This document shows positions 44,501-53,382 of a stretch of DNA of 64,000 bases, piece after piece. Position 1 is the first letter of the stretch. Each line of letters begins with the position of its first letter. A program made the position numbers and the translations under genes. A model generated the notes under the pieces. That model searched no databases. It was not told the origin of the DNA and saw only the letters and a list, made by a program, of their open reading frames with translations. Origin of the DNA: Vairimorpha necatrix (lineage: Eukaryota); contig CP142732.1 of the NCBI GenBank assembly GCA_036630325.1, positions 930,001 to 994,000 of the forward strand, read 5' to 3'.

Positions 44501-46360
44501 GTCCTGATTTTGATAAAAATGTCTTGTAAGTTTCGTTTTCAGAGTGCTCAATTTTGTTGTACATGACAAATTTACATATTGTGGAAGGTCTTTTCTAATT
44601 TTATGTAACTTTTTGAATGTTTTAAATATTTCATAAACATTCATATTTCTGGATTTATAAATTAGATCAATGTATTCAGTTAGTCTAGTATGAGTATCTA
44701 AGATATTGTCAATTATAGATGACAAATTTTTAGTAAATAAATTTTTATCAAAAAATATTTCATGAATCAAATCTAAAATCTTATAAAGATCTTTTTCTGA
44801 GGAAATATTGACTTTTAGATTTTGATCCTTGAAAATATTATTCAGGTACGTGTCTGCTATTCGATTAATTTTACATAAGTGCGGATTTGACATAAGTAAA
44901 AATTTCATGCTTGATTTGTTCATCTCTTCAAATTTTAAAATCATCAATCTGTGTTCAATTAATTTATAGTTTAAATTATTAACTTCTTTTTTTAAATCCA
45001 AATCATATCCTCTGCTAATGTAAAACTTGATTTTCAAATTAATAATCTTCTGTAAAATATTAAATATTTCCTCAATCTCATCTAAAAACATTTCATACTC
45101 AACATCGTCGATAGTTTTAGTAATTTCTATAAAACATTCTATAGATTTTTTTAGTCTTTTAATGCTATCAATCTTATAATCTTTTTTGAAATAATTTAGT
45201 AGGTCATTGAAGAAAGGATCACAATTAATTTCCAAATCATAATCTTTTGTAGTGACCAATATCGAATTTAAAAGGTACTTAATATCTTTCTTTTGATTTT
45301 GTTTGTTTATAATTTCTTCATAATAACATATCTTTCTATTAAGAGTTTCAACGAATAAATTATTTTCTTGTCTAAAGAACAAATGAAGTAACTGCTTGGT
45401 GTATCTAACGATTTCTATAATATGAGAAATTTCTGAAGTTTTAGTTTGTAAAATACAAATCAGGTGCTCATAAATTTTCATCCTTTCTGCTGAAGTATTG
45501 TCTAAAAATTCTTTGTAGGACATAAATATAGAAAAATCCTTCATGAGTGTGATCTGCTGGTTTATATTTTTACAAGAGACAAATTCCCTTTTTAATATCG
45601 GAAGTATCAATTTGATATTTTCTTCGACATTTTTTATTTCTAAAAATAAATCATTTGCTTTATATTTATGTACAATATTTCTCAAAGAATTTATCTGTTC
45701 AAATTTGAGGAATTTTTCTTTGTAAAATTCAATATTTTCGTCATTTGTAGTAAATAATAAAGATTTCTTATTAATTAGATCTAGTAATCTTTTATATTGC
45801 GGAATTTTCTTTGGTTCATTCGTGGCATATTTGAGAATTTTCAGTATATGCTTATGAATATCCAAATTGTACACTTTACATGCATCGAGTATCCCTAATA
45901 TATCAATAGGATTTTTAGATATTAGACAATTTTCAATATCTAAAGTCCGATAAAATAATTCTTCAAAGTCGTAAAGCATCTGATGCCTTTTAGTAGAAAC
46001 ATAATCTAATTTGTCGATTAAATCTTTATAAAAATCCGATTTAAAAAATATTACTAGGTAAGATAAATCAATTAATCGAATAGAACTTGAATTGTAAAAA
46101 TCTTCTATCTGGCGGCGAATATATTCACCTTCTTGCTTGAAATATTTCTTCTTGTTATTTAAATATTCTTTGGAAACTTTTATAGAGAATCCACTTTCTT
46201 GTAAAATTCTTAATTTTATATAAGAAGCATCTGAGAAGTTTAGTAACATCTCTAAAAAAGGTATATCATCTGTAGACTTTGGTATAGAAATTGCAGATTC
46301 TGATTCTGATATCTTTGATACTGTTTTTATAAAATCTTGATAGTTCAATCTATGTATCAT
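38561..46360 (-). CDS. DYN1: Dynein heavy chain, strongly reduced
   Basis: LYFVSNDDL linker, AAA1 GESSTGKTET/LDECNRL/GYLGRNKLP, WIENLNSVLDDNKILC, TPASLTR and stalk/MTBD EIRSMNSPPKAV. Confidence 0.93.
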   Translation of the reverse strand: MIHRLNYQDFIKTVSKISESESAISIPKSTDDIPFLEMLLNFSDASYIKLRILQESGFSIKVSKEYLNNKKKYFKQEGEYIRRQIEDFYNSSSIRLIDLSYLVIFFKSDFYKDLIDKLDYVSTKRHQMLYDFEELFYRTLDIENCLISKNPIDILGILDACKVYNLDIHKHILKILKYATNEPKKIPQYKRLLDLINKKSLLFTTNDENIEFYKEKFLKFEQINSLRNIVHKYKANDLFLEIKNVEENIKLILPILKREFVSCKNINQQITLMKDFSIFMSYKEFLDNTSAERMKIYEHLICILQTKTSEISHIIEIVRYTKQLLHLFFRQENNLFVETLNRKICYYEEIINKQNQKKDIKYLLNSILVTTKDYDLEINCDPFFNDLLNYFKKDYKIDSIKRLKKSIECFIEITKTIDDVEYEMFLDEIEEIFNILQKIINLKIKFYISRGYDLDLKKEVNNLNYKLIEHRLMILKFEEMNKSSMKFLLMSNPHLCKINRIADTYLNNIFKDQNLKVNISSEKDLYKILDLIHEIFFDKNLFTKNLSSIIDNILDTHTRLTEYIDLIYKSRNMNVYEIFKTFKKLHKIRKDLPQYVNLSCTTKLSTLKTKLTRHFYQNQDIIKRPFDNIKDTILIYKIGTKILKKDIVIDLPHVESFSEIIKFAEEWICTFSKFISNQEKNFNYSEFKIFYSDFKHKMSQYKKSKKLYEILKSKNDLNVKIKDLKINEDKKTNEIRTLCNHLKFTKYIFSDIKSEKILDWLFLHAPENFENIYALQFIKELSNHKDKSFINILDKHKYICDVIKNISEFEMREYSRKINLIMEIYQKLTKIENDIKKIKYSCDELLNFENRNLFFKIIERVGDELQDLDVDLDFLNHNLINNGLDSTDQNLLTIISDLKSEVEDLISKNNEICSLFVDICKYTNLSLFDDFLYELQNPLIELKLDRILREKEIYKEKFTKKIEDLKNRISDLYFVSNDDLINFVNGKLPIEDLLKNIYNIDKLIIENNECLGVESKKEKIYFSTKLDLSSIFKAPEDFELFYRRFKLEFKNVLISYFNKKDKNKIQFLDDFINEYKFFNDLDFEETTKIKFIKKHQEILGPDFTLLYPKPQISKSEDSLECFTDSLNLLPFEMIYYPPSNILYTRLTNTIFNKITLGLFYYPGLILYGESSTGKTETVKYYCKSIGRPLYVFCCNENLNIILLENIIQGCIKNNWYLCLDECNRLGFNVMSKLSDLLVEHKDKIKIFLTLNIGYLGRNKLPTTLKSLFAEIRVDNPNIEDILDVYFNEEMKTLFRNLKEKSQNLSHYNFSLRALNTILFNLKDSDVTQNMLIYYYALFSDKDKSLLSEYLPSLTKEEVFEYGISSSTGILLFGESLSGKSEILRKMINLRNINHYIFHYYDEDILYRILKENTNGDLWIIYDCILESKWIENLNSVLDDNKILCMRNGEVIKIRENVRFIFETNDISKLTPASLTRVFTIYFERDISQSNKNIVNINDIKNNTVTFLEGEMGIGKKSKFKEIVKNEEVLYLNCREIKSLKNYKKDIIYLEEYEKASDDVIQEIKELHEHGTVKDEERNMKIICSYNGSEDLNIYNFKRRINCPILQIRPNEKILEMSQGDHDMTIQNNLEIIQNHDKITHRDIYEYYKQGDIKFYECFKILRNLHINKEYFRDILNVNSPICNREIIEFCLENKFNFILLGGRLTGKNWILRNYNIRKIEIFNETCKIEYDTEKVTGILTTSLDLLSNEIIKENMIIRLFTPRHYLLDLKYFIEDLDNNEETSFMKYIRNLKYKTCGCCINEEIIMNNYITVEDIMRNDISKLNNDENYNKKDDVKLSSKNIDDVDLLSFKNIYKLVDFIQTTVSTYKEFIKSNKFILDGLEKIKIFHNISQDKKINLHKHDLILVKYQEEINQKILKIQSLEKDCEYEKNIIKNKKQEHLAFYNEIEKKKNFIKNNLQEGEVKLQESIKKINKITKKNIAEIRSMNSPPKAVHYIINIIYNMVNKRKEKKTWQECLVFLKTFDINSISKSNNQRSKDDNINDVNNDYKLINDNEEDIFDLDIEELKDKEVEISKSSHVCYLLYEWILHNYEYKRLKEDIKPLEEEIKDLLKKGNLALVNIKEEEEKYEILEKRLSEYKREYSECQVLLVKTQREISNLKDEILKYDDLISKINEEKSNWTESEFGLELVLPKLFINKILLSSSHTGDYLETSMKDKNYKKIISNIYKYKRNIKINNVTQDEEIYRLCKYLIREKDFSIIINQDTDFYECIGYTHEVVEEYPHEEDINIKELQDELLRNIVLGDINKILGTKRVLDLERKRLEGIRRIREYYDMLNRVYKILYTRYKLSFKVYDEFIRNEDLYISKNDTYESNFIRKDVTDTFNINILDNVNIKHNEGNVLLDKCIKYCTHLDLEDIKKYKSNILIITNTDDYVYYLEKNIKFKNIISLGDKKSNEIYSDLLKRGSDLYLIKNIDLYDKLVEDESENKFVYISEYSRSRKMIKDCRVIYMKYKYNYKRSLELYRRLYGTENQEIIKYHCKLIGNLYRHNLEKKYTFSVRDLEIIINYKETISMEYLRYLVYKNKLDEEDEEKVMNITPI

Positions 46361-46430
46361 TTAAGGGTACCAGGTCCAATAAATTTATGCAGTTTTATTT
46401 TTTTTTGCATATTTATGTAAAATTAAATTG

Positions 46431-46452
46431 GTTTGTTTGTTAACAAACAAAC
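46431..46452. promoter_or_regulatory. Recurrent palindrome, copy 3 (GTTTGTTTGTTAACAAACAAAC), with TTTATGCA at 46455-46462 and 46384-46391
   Basis: ~70 bp upstream of the dynein ATG (minus strand). Confidence 0.55.
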
Positions 46453-46525
46453 TGTTTATGCAAAAAAGCTTAAATACAGATGATTTTTTATGAAATAGCA
46501 TAAATTTAAAATATTTATTTGGTTC

Positions 46526-49345
46526 TTAGAATTTCTGTTGTATCTTTGACTTATTAGTAAATACGTCTTGTATTTTATTCATCTGTTCTTTAGACATACT
46601 TGATATAACAAGATTCCCTATAGTATTTTGAGAAGCAGAAGCAAATATATTATAAATATAAGGATAAGGATCAAATTTGTCCAAGATAGAAGAGAAGTAG
46701 ATGTCTTCTTCTAGATCGTTATATTCCTCAGATTCATATTCAGCACTTTCTTCAGATTCCTCACTGCTTTTATCTTTCTTAGTGAATAATTTATTCCTGG
46801 CTTCAATAGCATCAGGCAGAGTACAGAAAATTGTAAGAAAACTTTTGGCTATTTTTTCTATATTTAGTCTTACTTGAATATTTGTTTGTGGTAGACTAAA
46901 TAATTTCCCTAAGAATCTCAGACATATTTTTTTATCATGAACCCGACAGAATTCCTTTCTTTTTTCATATAGACGATTAAAGAAAATGCCATCAAAACCT
47001 CTAAGTTTCAATATTTGGAGAGTTTCCAATGGTAAAATGTAGAAGCAGTTCATGATGATTTCCAAGCCATAAATTATTGCAGAAGAATCTTCTTCTAAAA
47101 GTGGAATTGCCTCTGCTATTAATTTTATAAAGATGTCTAATTTTTCAGGATATAAAGAAAATAATTTTTCTCCGACATTTAAAAGTAGAGTTTCCATGAT
47201 CTTGCACCCAGAAATGAAATCTTCGTCGTACATGCCGTCTTCGTCAGCAATACAAAGTTTTACACTAAAAGAGAGTATTTTATCTAGAATATAATTGTCT
47301 AAGACGACTTCTTTCCCATTACAAACCACATTGTCAATGATTTCAGAAATTTCATTAGGATAAACCAAAATGTCCTCAATGGGCAAATTTAAGATCAGAG
47401 TAAATAAGTTCCACATAGAATTATCAAAGGTAGTTATTGAGTAGAAGAAGCAATTTATAATGTCTAGTACTTCCTGGTAAAAGTTGTCTTTTTTTTCTCT
47501 AATAATAATTTCCAAGACATTATAGAAGTTTTGATATAGTCGAAGTGTCAATTCCTGGGGATGATTTTCTGTGTTTATGACAGTCTCGACATTTCTTAAG
47601 AATCCTGAAATGACCATCATTTTGTCGTCTGACTCAGATTGTTCATTTGCTAAATGAGATAAGATCAAATTTCCCATAGACCTGACTAGATCTGGGGCGA
47701 ATACAGCGATTTCATTCGTAAATGACTGCATGATATTGTCCAGAAGATAAGTCAAGGGTTCAATGTCATAATTGGCACTCAAAGTCAAGACACTTTGGAC
47801 AAGTTCGCCAATGTAGACACTGACGTATTTCGTCAGATCCTTGTTACTAATGAAGAAGTTCATAGCCAAAGTTGAGTCCACACTGAGAATTGGATGTTTC
47901 CCCCTGACAATATTGATGACATCACCAATGGCGTCTAATAAATTCTGACTGACAGTGACTTGTTCTTCAATAAAAGACAGTAAATAGCAGGCCTGAGATT
48001 TCATGATCAAATTTCCATATTTTATATCGTAGAAGACATAATTCGTCAGAATATTCTCGAATGAACTTTTCGAAGATTTGAAAATCGTGTGTGTCACGTG
48101 ACTGAGCAGGAAATATATTCCGTAACTTTTCTTCAAATTTTCTGCCACTGGATTTTTCTTAGCATTTTCCAAATTTTGTATAAAAAATTGACAAATCCAA
48201 TTCATCCCTTGCTCGGTGTGTTTTAGAGTCTTCATTATTTCTGTAAAAAGTGTGCCACATTCATTTCTTATGTCATATCCGAAATAATGATATTTTTCTC
48301 TGAGAAATTTCTCTGGGTCATTTTGGAAATCATCTTCTTCATTTTCATTTAATTCATGCATGTATAAAATATATTCTGTAATCAACCAAATCAAGTCTTT
48401 CTCCATAAATTTGTATGTTTCTTTATCAGAGGCGCATAAAGTCATAAATTCCACAGCGTACATTTCTACTGGTTCAGATTTATTACCAAATTTCTCCATT
48501 TTCAATTGAGAAAGAAATACTTCATAAATATAAGAAAATCTATCTGGTACAATTATAAATTTAGACATTTCTTCATTTTTATAAAATTTCTTGACTCCTT
48601 TGTTCGCTGCTTTGAATAAGAAAAATGCTGTCCATTTCTTAGTTTTCATAAAATAGAAATCTGAATTATTTTGAATTTTCAATATTTCTGTAGAAATATT
48701 TATGACGTAAGAGAAAACATCTAATCTTTGTAAAAATTCGGGAATTGAATAATAATTGTAAGATTTAGAAATAAATCTCAAAATTCCTGATGCTGTTTTA
48801 TAGTCATTTTTAGAAATGACAGTATGCAAATTTGTAAGAAGTTCTTGTCCTGAAGTTTTGTAAATTAATTCTAAAATGTCTTCTAAATTGTATTTGATCT
48901 TTTCAGCGTGGAAAATCTGTTCGATGATATTCAAGGCCACAGTAAATTGTAACATGTCGTAAGATTTAATCATATTTGATACATTAGTCAATAATTCATT
49001 AGTGACATTACTTGGTTCTTTATTGTAAATATGAATAAGAATACCATTGTAAGAGACAATATTATTTTCATCAGAAGACATGAAAAAATCTACCAAATTG
49101 GAAATTATGATTTTCTTGGTGTGCTCAAATTCCAAATTTGACCATTCGCTGATCACTGCATTTTTAAAAAATAAAGAAGAAGTCTTTTTGATCATCAAAT
49201 CCGAATCTTTCATAAATGTAGTAGGTAAAGATAAGAGAAAGTTATAATCTTTTTGTAATTGATTTAATCTTTCTTCTGATTTTGTTCTGGCTACTATGTC
49301 AGGATTCAAAGTATTTCTAAAAATTTCTTTTATTTCTGAGTTCAT
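46526..49345 (-). CDS. Importin-beta family karyopherin (Nmd5/Sxm1, importin-7/8-like)
   Basis: IBN_N (TLNPD...SEERL...FFKNAVISEW), KTKKW, DPEKFLR, RVHDKKIC and an acidic C-terminal loop. Confidence 0.85.
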   Translation of the reverse strand: MNSEIKEIFRNTLNPDIVARTKSEERLNQLQKDYNFLLSLPTTFMKDSDLMIKKTSSLFFKNAVISEWSNLEFEHTKKIIISNLVDFFMSSDENNIVSYNGILIHIYNKEPSNVTNELLTNVSNMIKSYDMLQFTVALNIIEQIFHAEKIKYNLEDILELIYKTSGQELLTNLHTVISKNDYKTASGILRFISKSYNYYSIPEFLQRLDVFSYVINISTEILKIQNNSDFYFMKTKKWTAFFLFKAANKGVKKFYKNEEMSKFIIVPDRFSYIYEVFLSQLKMEKFGNKSEPVEMYAVEFMTLCASDKETYKFMEKDLIWLITEYILYMHELNENEEDDFQNDPEKFLREKYHYFGYDIRNECGTLFTEIMKTLKHTEQGMNWICQFFIQNLENAKKNPVAENLKKSYGIYFLLSHVTHTIFKSSKSSFENILTNYVFYDIKYGNLIMKSQACYLLSFIEEQVTVSQNLLDAIGDVINIVRGKHPILSVDSTLAMNFFISNKDLTKYVSVYIGELVQSVLTLSANYDIEPLTYLLDNIMQSFTNEIAVFAPDLVRSMGNLILSHLANEQSESDDKMMVISGFLRNVETVINTENHPQELTLRLYQNFYNVLEIIIREKKDNFYQEVLDIINCFFYSITTFDNSMWNLFTLILNLPIEDILVYPNEISEIIDNVVCNGKEVVLDNYILDKILSFSVKLCIADEDGMYDEDFISGCKIMETLLLNVGEKLFSLYPEKLDIFIKLIAEAIPLLEEDSSAIIYGLEIIMNCFYILPLETLQILKLRGFDGIFFNRLYEKRKEFCRVHDKKICLRFLGKLFSLPQTNIQVRLNIEKIAKSFLTIFCTLPDAIEARNKLFTKKDKSSEESEESAEYESEEYNDLEEDIYFSSILDKFDPYPYIYNIFASASQNTIGNLVISSMSKEQMNKIQDVFTNKSKIQQKF

Positions 49346-49614
49346 TGAAAGGGGCAGAAAAAAAAGTAAATTTAAAAAAAAAGCAAATTGAGACTTAAAA
49401 TTAATAACTTTTAATATAATTTAAAAGTCATATTTAAAATTAAAAAATATAATTTAGGTGAAAATTTGACTGCAATTTTCTTTTAATTTTGTTGCAAAAT
49501 ACAAACAAATTCGAAAGAAAGTTGACTGTACAAAAATTGCCATTAAGAAATGTAAAGACCCATTTTATTAGAAACATTTAAATAAACTTGAATTTTAAAA
49601 TTGAAGTTTAATTT

Positions 49615-49806
49615 TTATTGATTTACATTCTTTCTTATAAATTCTGAGAATGAAAAGGGATACTCTTCTTTTTTATTTAACTCTGACAATGGTATATTAA
49701 AAACTGGAATAAAATCTTCTTGTTCTATAAATTCCTCAAGTGTCATTTCCTTGTCATTTTTTTCTTCATTAAATTTTTCCACCTCGAAAAATTCATTCTT
49801 CCCCAT
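49615..49806 (-). CDS. Possible small acidic protein, head-to-head with CCT7
   Basis: 63 aa, purine-rich coding-like strand, GGGGCACAAA-ATG context. Confidence 0.45.
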   Translation of the reverse strand: MGKNEFFEVEKFNEEKNDKEMTLEEFIEQEDFIPVFNIPLSELNKKEEYPFSFSEFIRKNVNQ

Positions 49807-49821
49807 TTTGTGCCCCTAAAA

Positions 49822-51351
49822 ATGAATCAACTTTTTATAGAAACAGAAAAAATACAAGACCCGAGAGAAGGGAAACTACAAGTCATTTCTAACATCGACA
49901 CATGTGTGAAAATATCGGAAATTTTAGAGTCTACGCTCGGACCTTACGGGATGGACAAATTGTTCACTGGTGAAAATTTTTTAATAACCAACGACGGCGC
50001 GACAATTTTAAAAAAATTGAAAATTATCCATCCAGTAGGTCAATTTTTTGTAAAATTGGCTGAATCTCAAGATAACGAAGTAGGAGACGGAACTACAAGT
50101 GTCGTCATTCAGACCGCGTCCATTTTAAATATGTTAAAATCAATTATTAAAGAAGATTTTCCCCTTGATGAAATTTATGAAACATTACAAGAACTAAAAA
50201 ATCTTTGTTTAGAAGAAGTAAAATCTTATAAAGTCGAGTATAACGACGAACTACTCGTCAGTTTAGCAGAGACTGCTATAATTTCTAAAAATATTAGAAA
50301 TGTAAAAACAAAATTTGCGAAAATGATAGTAGAAGCTGTCAAAAATGTCAAGGGAGATTTGAACAAGATTGGTATCAAAAAGATATCAGGAGGAAGTATT
50401 TCTGATTCTTTTCTTGTAAATGGCATCGCATTTGAGAAATGTTTCACCTACGCGGGCTACGAACAACAACCAAAAAAAATTTTAAATCCTAAAATTCTCT
50501 GTATAAACGTAGAATTAGAATGGAAGGCCGAACGAGACAACGCTGAACTTAAAATTGACAGTATTGAAGAATATAAAAAGATTGTCAATACAGAATGGGA
50601 TCTTATAAAAGAAAAATTAGATAAAATTATAAAAAGTGGTGCGAATGTCGTCTTGAGTTCCCTGCCCATTGGCGACTACGCCACGCAATATTTCGCAAAA
50701 AAGAATATTTTTTGTGCTGGTCGTGTCGCCAAAGAAGATTTAACTCGAATTTGCGGCGCATTTGGCGGTCAAATCGTAAGTAGCACGAATTATCTGGAAA
50801 ATTGTGTAAGCACTTGTAAGTTATTCGAAGAGAGACAAATTGGCAAAGAAAGATACAATTATTTCGAAGGAGAATCTACTGGTGGGTGTACTTTAATTTT
50901 AAAAGGACCAGGTATAGAAGTAATAAATGAAGTAGAAAGAAGTGTCAATGACGCCTTGAATGTTATAAAAACAGTAGAAAAACATAAAGAAGTCGTGACA
51001 GGAGGCGGTTCTGTAGAAATGAGAATTTCTAAATTTTTTAAAGAAATTTCTAAAAATTTTTCAAATCGAAAATATTTTATTTGTAAAGCCGTGTCTCAAA
51101 GTTATGAGAAAATTCCTTACGTTTTAGCAAAAAATTTTGGCCTTGACACGACGATCACAATTCCTCTTTTAAGGAGAGATTTCAAAAATGGCAAATTTAC
51201 CTCAGGAGTTGGGATTAAAGGAGTCGTAGACATGGTCGAGAAAAAAGTTTATGAGCCACTACAGACAAAAATTAATATTATTAAAACAGCATTTGATGCT
51301 GCTTCTATGATTATTATGATTGATTCTACTATTGTTTTTGGTAATAATTAA
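49822..51351 (+). CDS. CCT7: Chaperonin CCT/TRiC subunit eta
   Basis: STLGPYGMDKL, GDGTTSV and eta-type FTYAGYEQQPK...ELEWKAERDNAE. ATG follows CCCCTAAAA. Confidence 0.93.
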   Translation: MNQLFIETEKIQDPREGKLQVISNIDTCVKISEILESTLGPYGMDKLFTGENFLITNDGATILKKLKIIHPVGQFFVKLAESQDNEVGDGTTSVVIQTASILNMLKSIIKEDFPLDEIYETLQELKNLCLEEVKSYKVEYNDELLVSLAETAIISKNIRNVKTKFAKMIVEAVKNVKGDLNKIGIKKISGGSISDSFLVNGIAFEKCFTYAGYEQQPKKILNPKILCINVELEWKAERDNAELKIDSIEEYKKIVNTEWDLIKEKLDKIIKSGANVVLSSLPIGDYATQYFAKKNIFCAGRVAKEDLTRICGAFGGQIVSSTNYLENCVSTCKLFEERQIGKERYNYFEGESTGGCTLILKGPGIEVINEVERSVNDALNVIKTVEKHKEVVTGGGSVEMRISKFFKEISKNFSNRKYFICKAVSQSYEKIPYVLAKNFGLDTTITIPLLRRDFKNGKFTSGVGIKGVVDMVEKKVYEPLQTKINIIKTAFDAASMIIMIDSTIVFGNN

Positions 51352-51400
51352 AAAAAATCTTTTTTTAATTTTTTTTTTTTTCTTGTTTTTTTACACACCC

Positions 51401-53137
51401 ATGAAAATCGAAGAAGGAACAATTGAAGTGATTTACAACAATCAAAAACAAAATCCACTTTTTAATAAACCAGTTTTACAAATTACTAGTCTCCAAAAAA
51501 TTGGAAATAAAGCAGGTGAAAAATTTAGATACAGGGCGAATGTGTCAGATGGGAAGTTTTACATGAGAGCAGTTTTTTCTAGTGATTTGACACCTCTTTT
51601 TGACAGTGAAAAAGTCGATAAATACACTTTAATAAAATTAAATCTTTGGAATATTCGAGCTCTAAAAGACAGTAATTATATTTATATTCAACAAATAGAA
51701 GAATATGAGAAGTGTAACGTAGAAATAGGCAAGTCTGTGAATTATGAGACAGGAAAAGCGAGTCTAAATGAAACAAGAAGTCAAGCGCCCAATATAACAG
51801 AAAATGTAAAAAAATCTAAAATTTCTGAGACTGAGAATTTGGTCAATACAAAAGTCCCGAGAGTAAAAGAGACGACAGATTTGAATAAATTTACACAAAT
51901 TAACGCGATAAACCCGTTTCACAAGATGTGGATAATTAAAGGAAGAATAGTGTCAAAAAGTGAAATAAAAAAATTTAATAGTAAACGAGGAGAAGGCAAA
52001 CTTTTCAGTTTTGAGTTTGCGGACGAAACTGGGCAAATCAAAGTCGTGGCCTTTTCTGAGGTGGTAGACATGTTTTACCCGATAATTGAAATAGGACGAG
52101 TTTACACGATACAAAAAGGCCTAGTGAAAATGTCTAATAAACAATTTAGCAATAACAACAACGACTACGAAATCCATTTAGACGTGAATTCTGAGATAGA
52201 AAAAGTCGAGGATAACGAGACGCCGAAATATTTTTTCGATTTTGTAAAAATTAAAGACATGGTTCCCAGTCCAAATCCAGTGGACGTGATTGGAATTGTA
52301 AAAGACGCGGGCGAAGCCGTGTCTTTTGTCGTGAAATCCACTCAAAAAGAGTCAGTAAGACGAGACATTACTTTGATCGACGAAACTGGCAGTATACGAG
52401 CCACTTTCTGGGGCGGCAAAGCCGAGGAAGAAATCGAAGTGGATTCTGTTTTGGCTATAAAAAATATAAAAGTCTCTGATTTTGGTGGTCTAAGTTTGTC
52501 GAGTGTTTTTTCGTCTCAACTTCATAAAAATCCAGACATTCCCGAGTCTCATTCAATTTTAGGCTGGTACAATGAAGGCGGCAAAGATATGAAAATTTCC
52601 CTACCAGAGCGAGACGTGAAGATTTCTTTGATTAGCGACGTAAAAAACCAAGAGATGCCTTTTTCGGCAGTGCGCGCCACATTGATGTTCATTAAAGAAG
52701 ACAATATGATGTATGACTCATGTAAAGAAGAAAACTGTACAAAAAAGGTCTATAAGAATGAATTTGAAGAGTACAGATGTGAGAAATGTGATAAAACATC
52801 TTATGAATGCAATTACAGATATTTAATAAATGCTAATATTAGTGATAGTACTGGTCAAATATGGGGAACATTATTTAATGATCAAGCACTTCTTCTACTA
52901 GGCCTTAGTGCCTCAGATTTCAGAGAAATGGCAGACAATGACGCGAATCAGTCTCAGATGTTTATAAAGAAGTTTTTATATAAAGATTATATTATTAAAC
53001 TGAGATCTAGACAAGATAATTATAATGATGAAATAAGAATGAGAAATAATATAACAGATATTAAAGAAGTGAATTATAAAGAAGAAGCCATGAAAGATAT
53101 TTATAATATTGAGAAATATTTACTAAATAAGAATTAA
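51401..53137 (+). CDS. RPA1: Replication protein A 70-kDa subunit
   Basis: Four OB folds (SDGKFYM; GEGKLFSF; VDVIGIV; C4 zinc motif ...YRCEKC, DSTGQIW). ATG follows ACACCC. Confidence 0.95.
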   Translation: MKIEEGTIEVIYNNQKQNPLFNKPVLQITSLQKIGNKAGEKFRYRANVSDGKFYMRAVFSSDLTPLFDSEKVDKYTLIKLNLWNIRALKDSNYIYIQQIEEYEKCNVEIGKSVNYETGKASLNETRSQAPNITENVKKSKISETENLVNTKVPRVKETTDLNKFTQINAINPFHKMWIIKGRIVSKSEIKKFNSKRGEGKLFSFEFADETGQIKVVAFSEVVDMFYPIIEIGRVYTIQKGLVKMSNKQFSNNNNDYEIHLDVNSEIEKVEDNETPKYFFDFVKIKDMVPSPNPVDVIGIVKDAGEAVSFVVKSTQKESVRRDITLIDETGSIRATFWGGKAEEEIEVDSVLAIKNIKVSDFGGLSLSSVFSSQLHKNPDIPESHSILGWYNEGGKDMKISLPERDVKISLISDVKNQEMPFSAVRATLMFIKEDNMMYDSCKEENCTKKVYKNEFEEYRCEKCDKTSYECNYRYLINANISDSTGQIWGTLFNDQALLLLGLSASDFREMADNDANQSQMFIKKFLYKDYIIKLRSRQDNYNDEIRMRNNITDIKEVNYKEEAMKDIYNIEKYLLNKN

Positions 53138-53311
53138 AGAAAGTAAGTTACAATGAATATTATTAATAATATTTTAACAAGTATTTAAATTTTGGTTAAT
53201 AATATTTATATATTCAAATTTACTTTTATTTGTATACAAATATTTTATTCATTTAAATTTGTAAATTTAAATATACTATTTCTTTAAATTGTATCTTTTT
53301 ACAAAAACTTC

Positions 53312-53382
53312 CTCTCCCACCGGGACTCGAACCCGGGCCACCAGCGTGACAGACTAGCATGCTACCACTGCACCATAGGAGA
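53312..53382 (-). tRNA. tRNA-Asp(GTC)
   Basis: Acceptor TCTCCTA/TGGGAGA, anticodon arm CTAGT-CTGTCAC-GCTGG and GGTTCGAGTCC T-loop. Confidence 0.95.
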
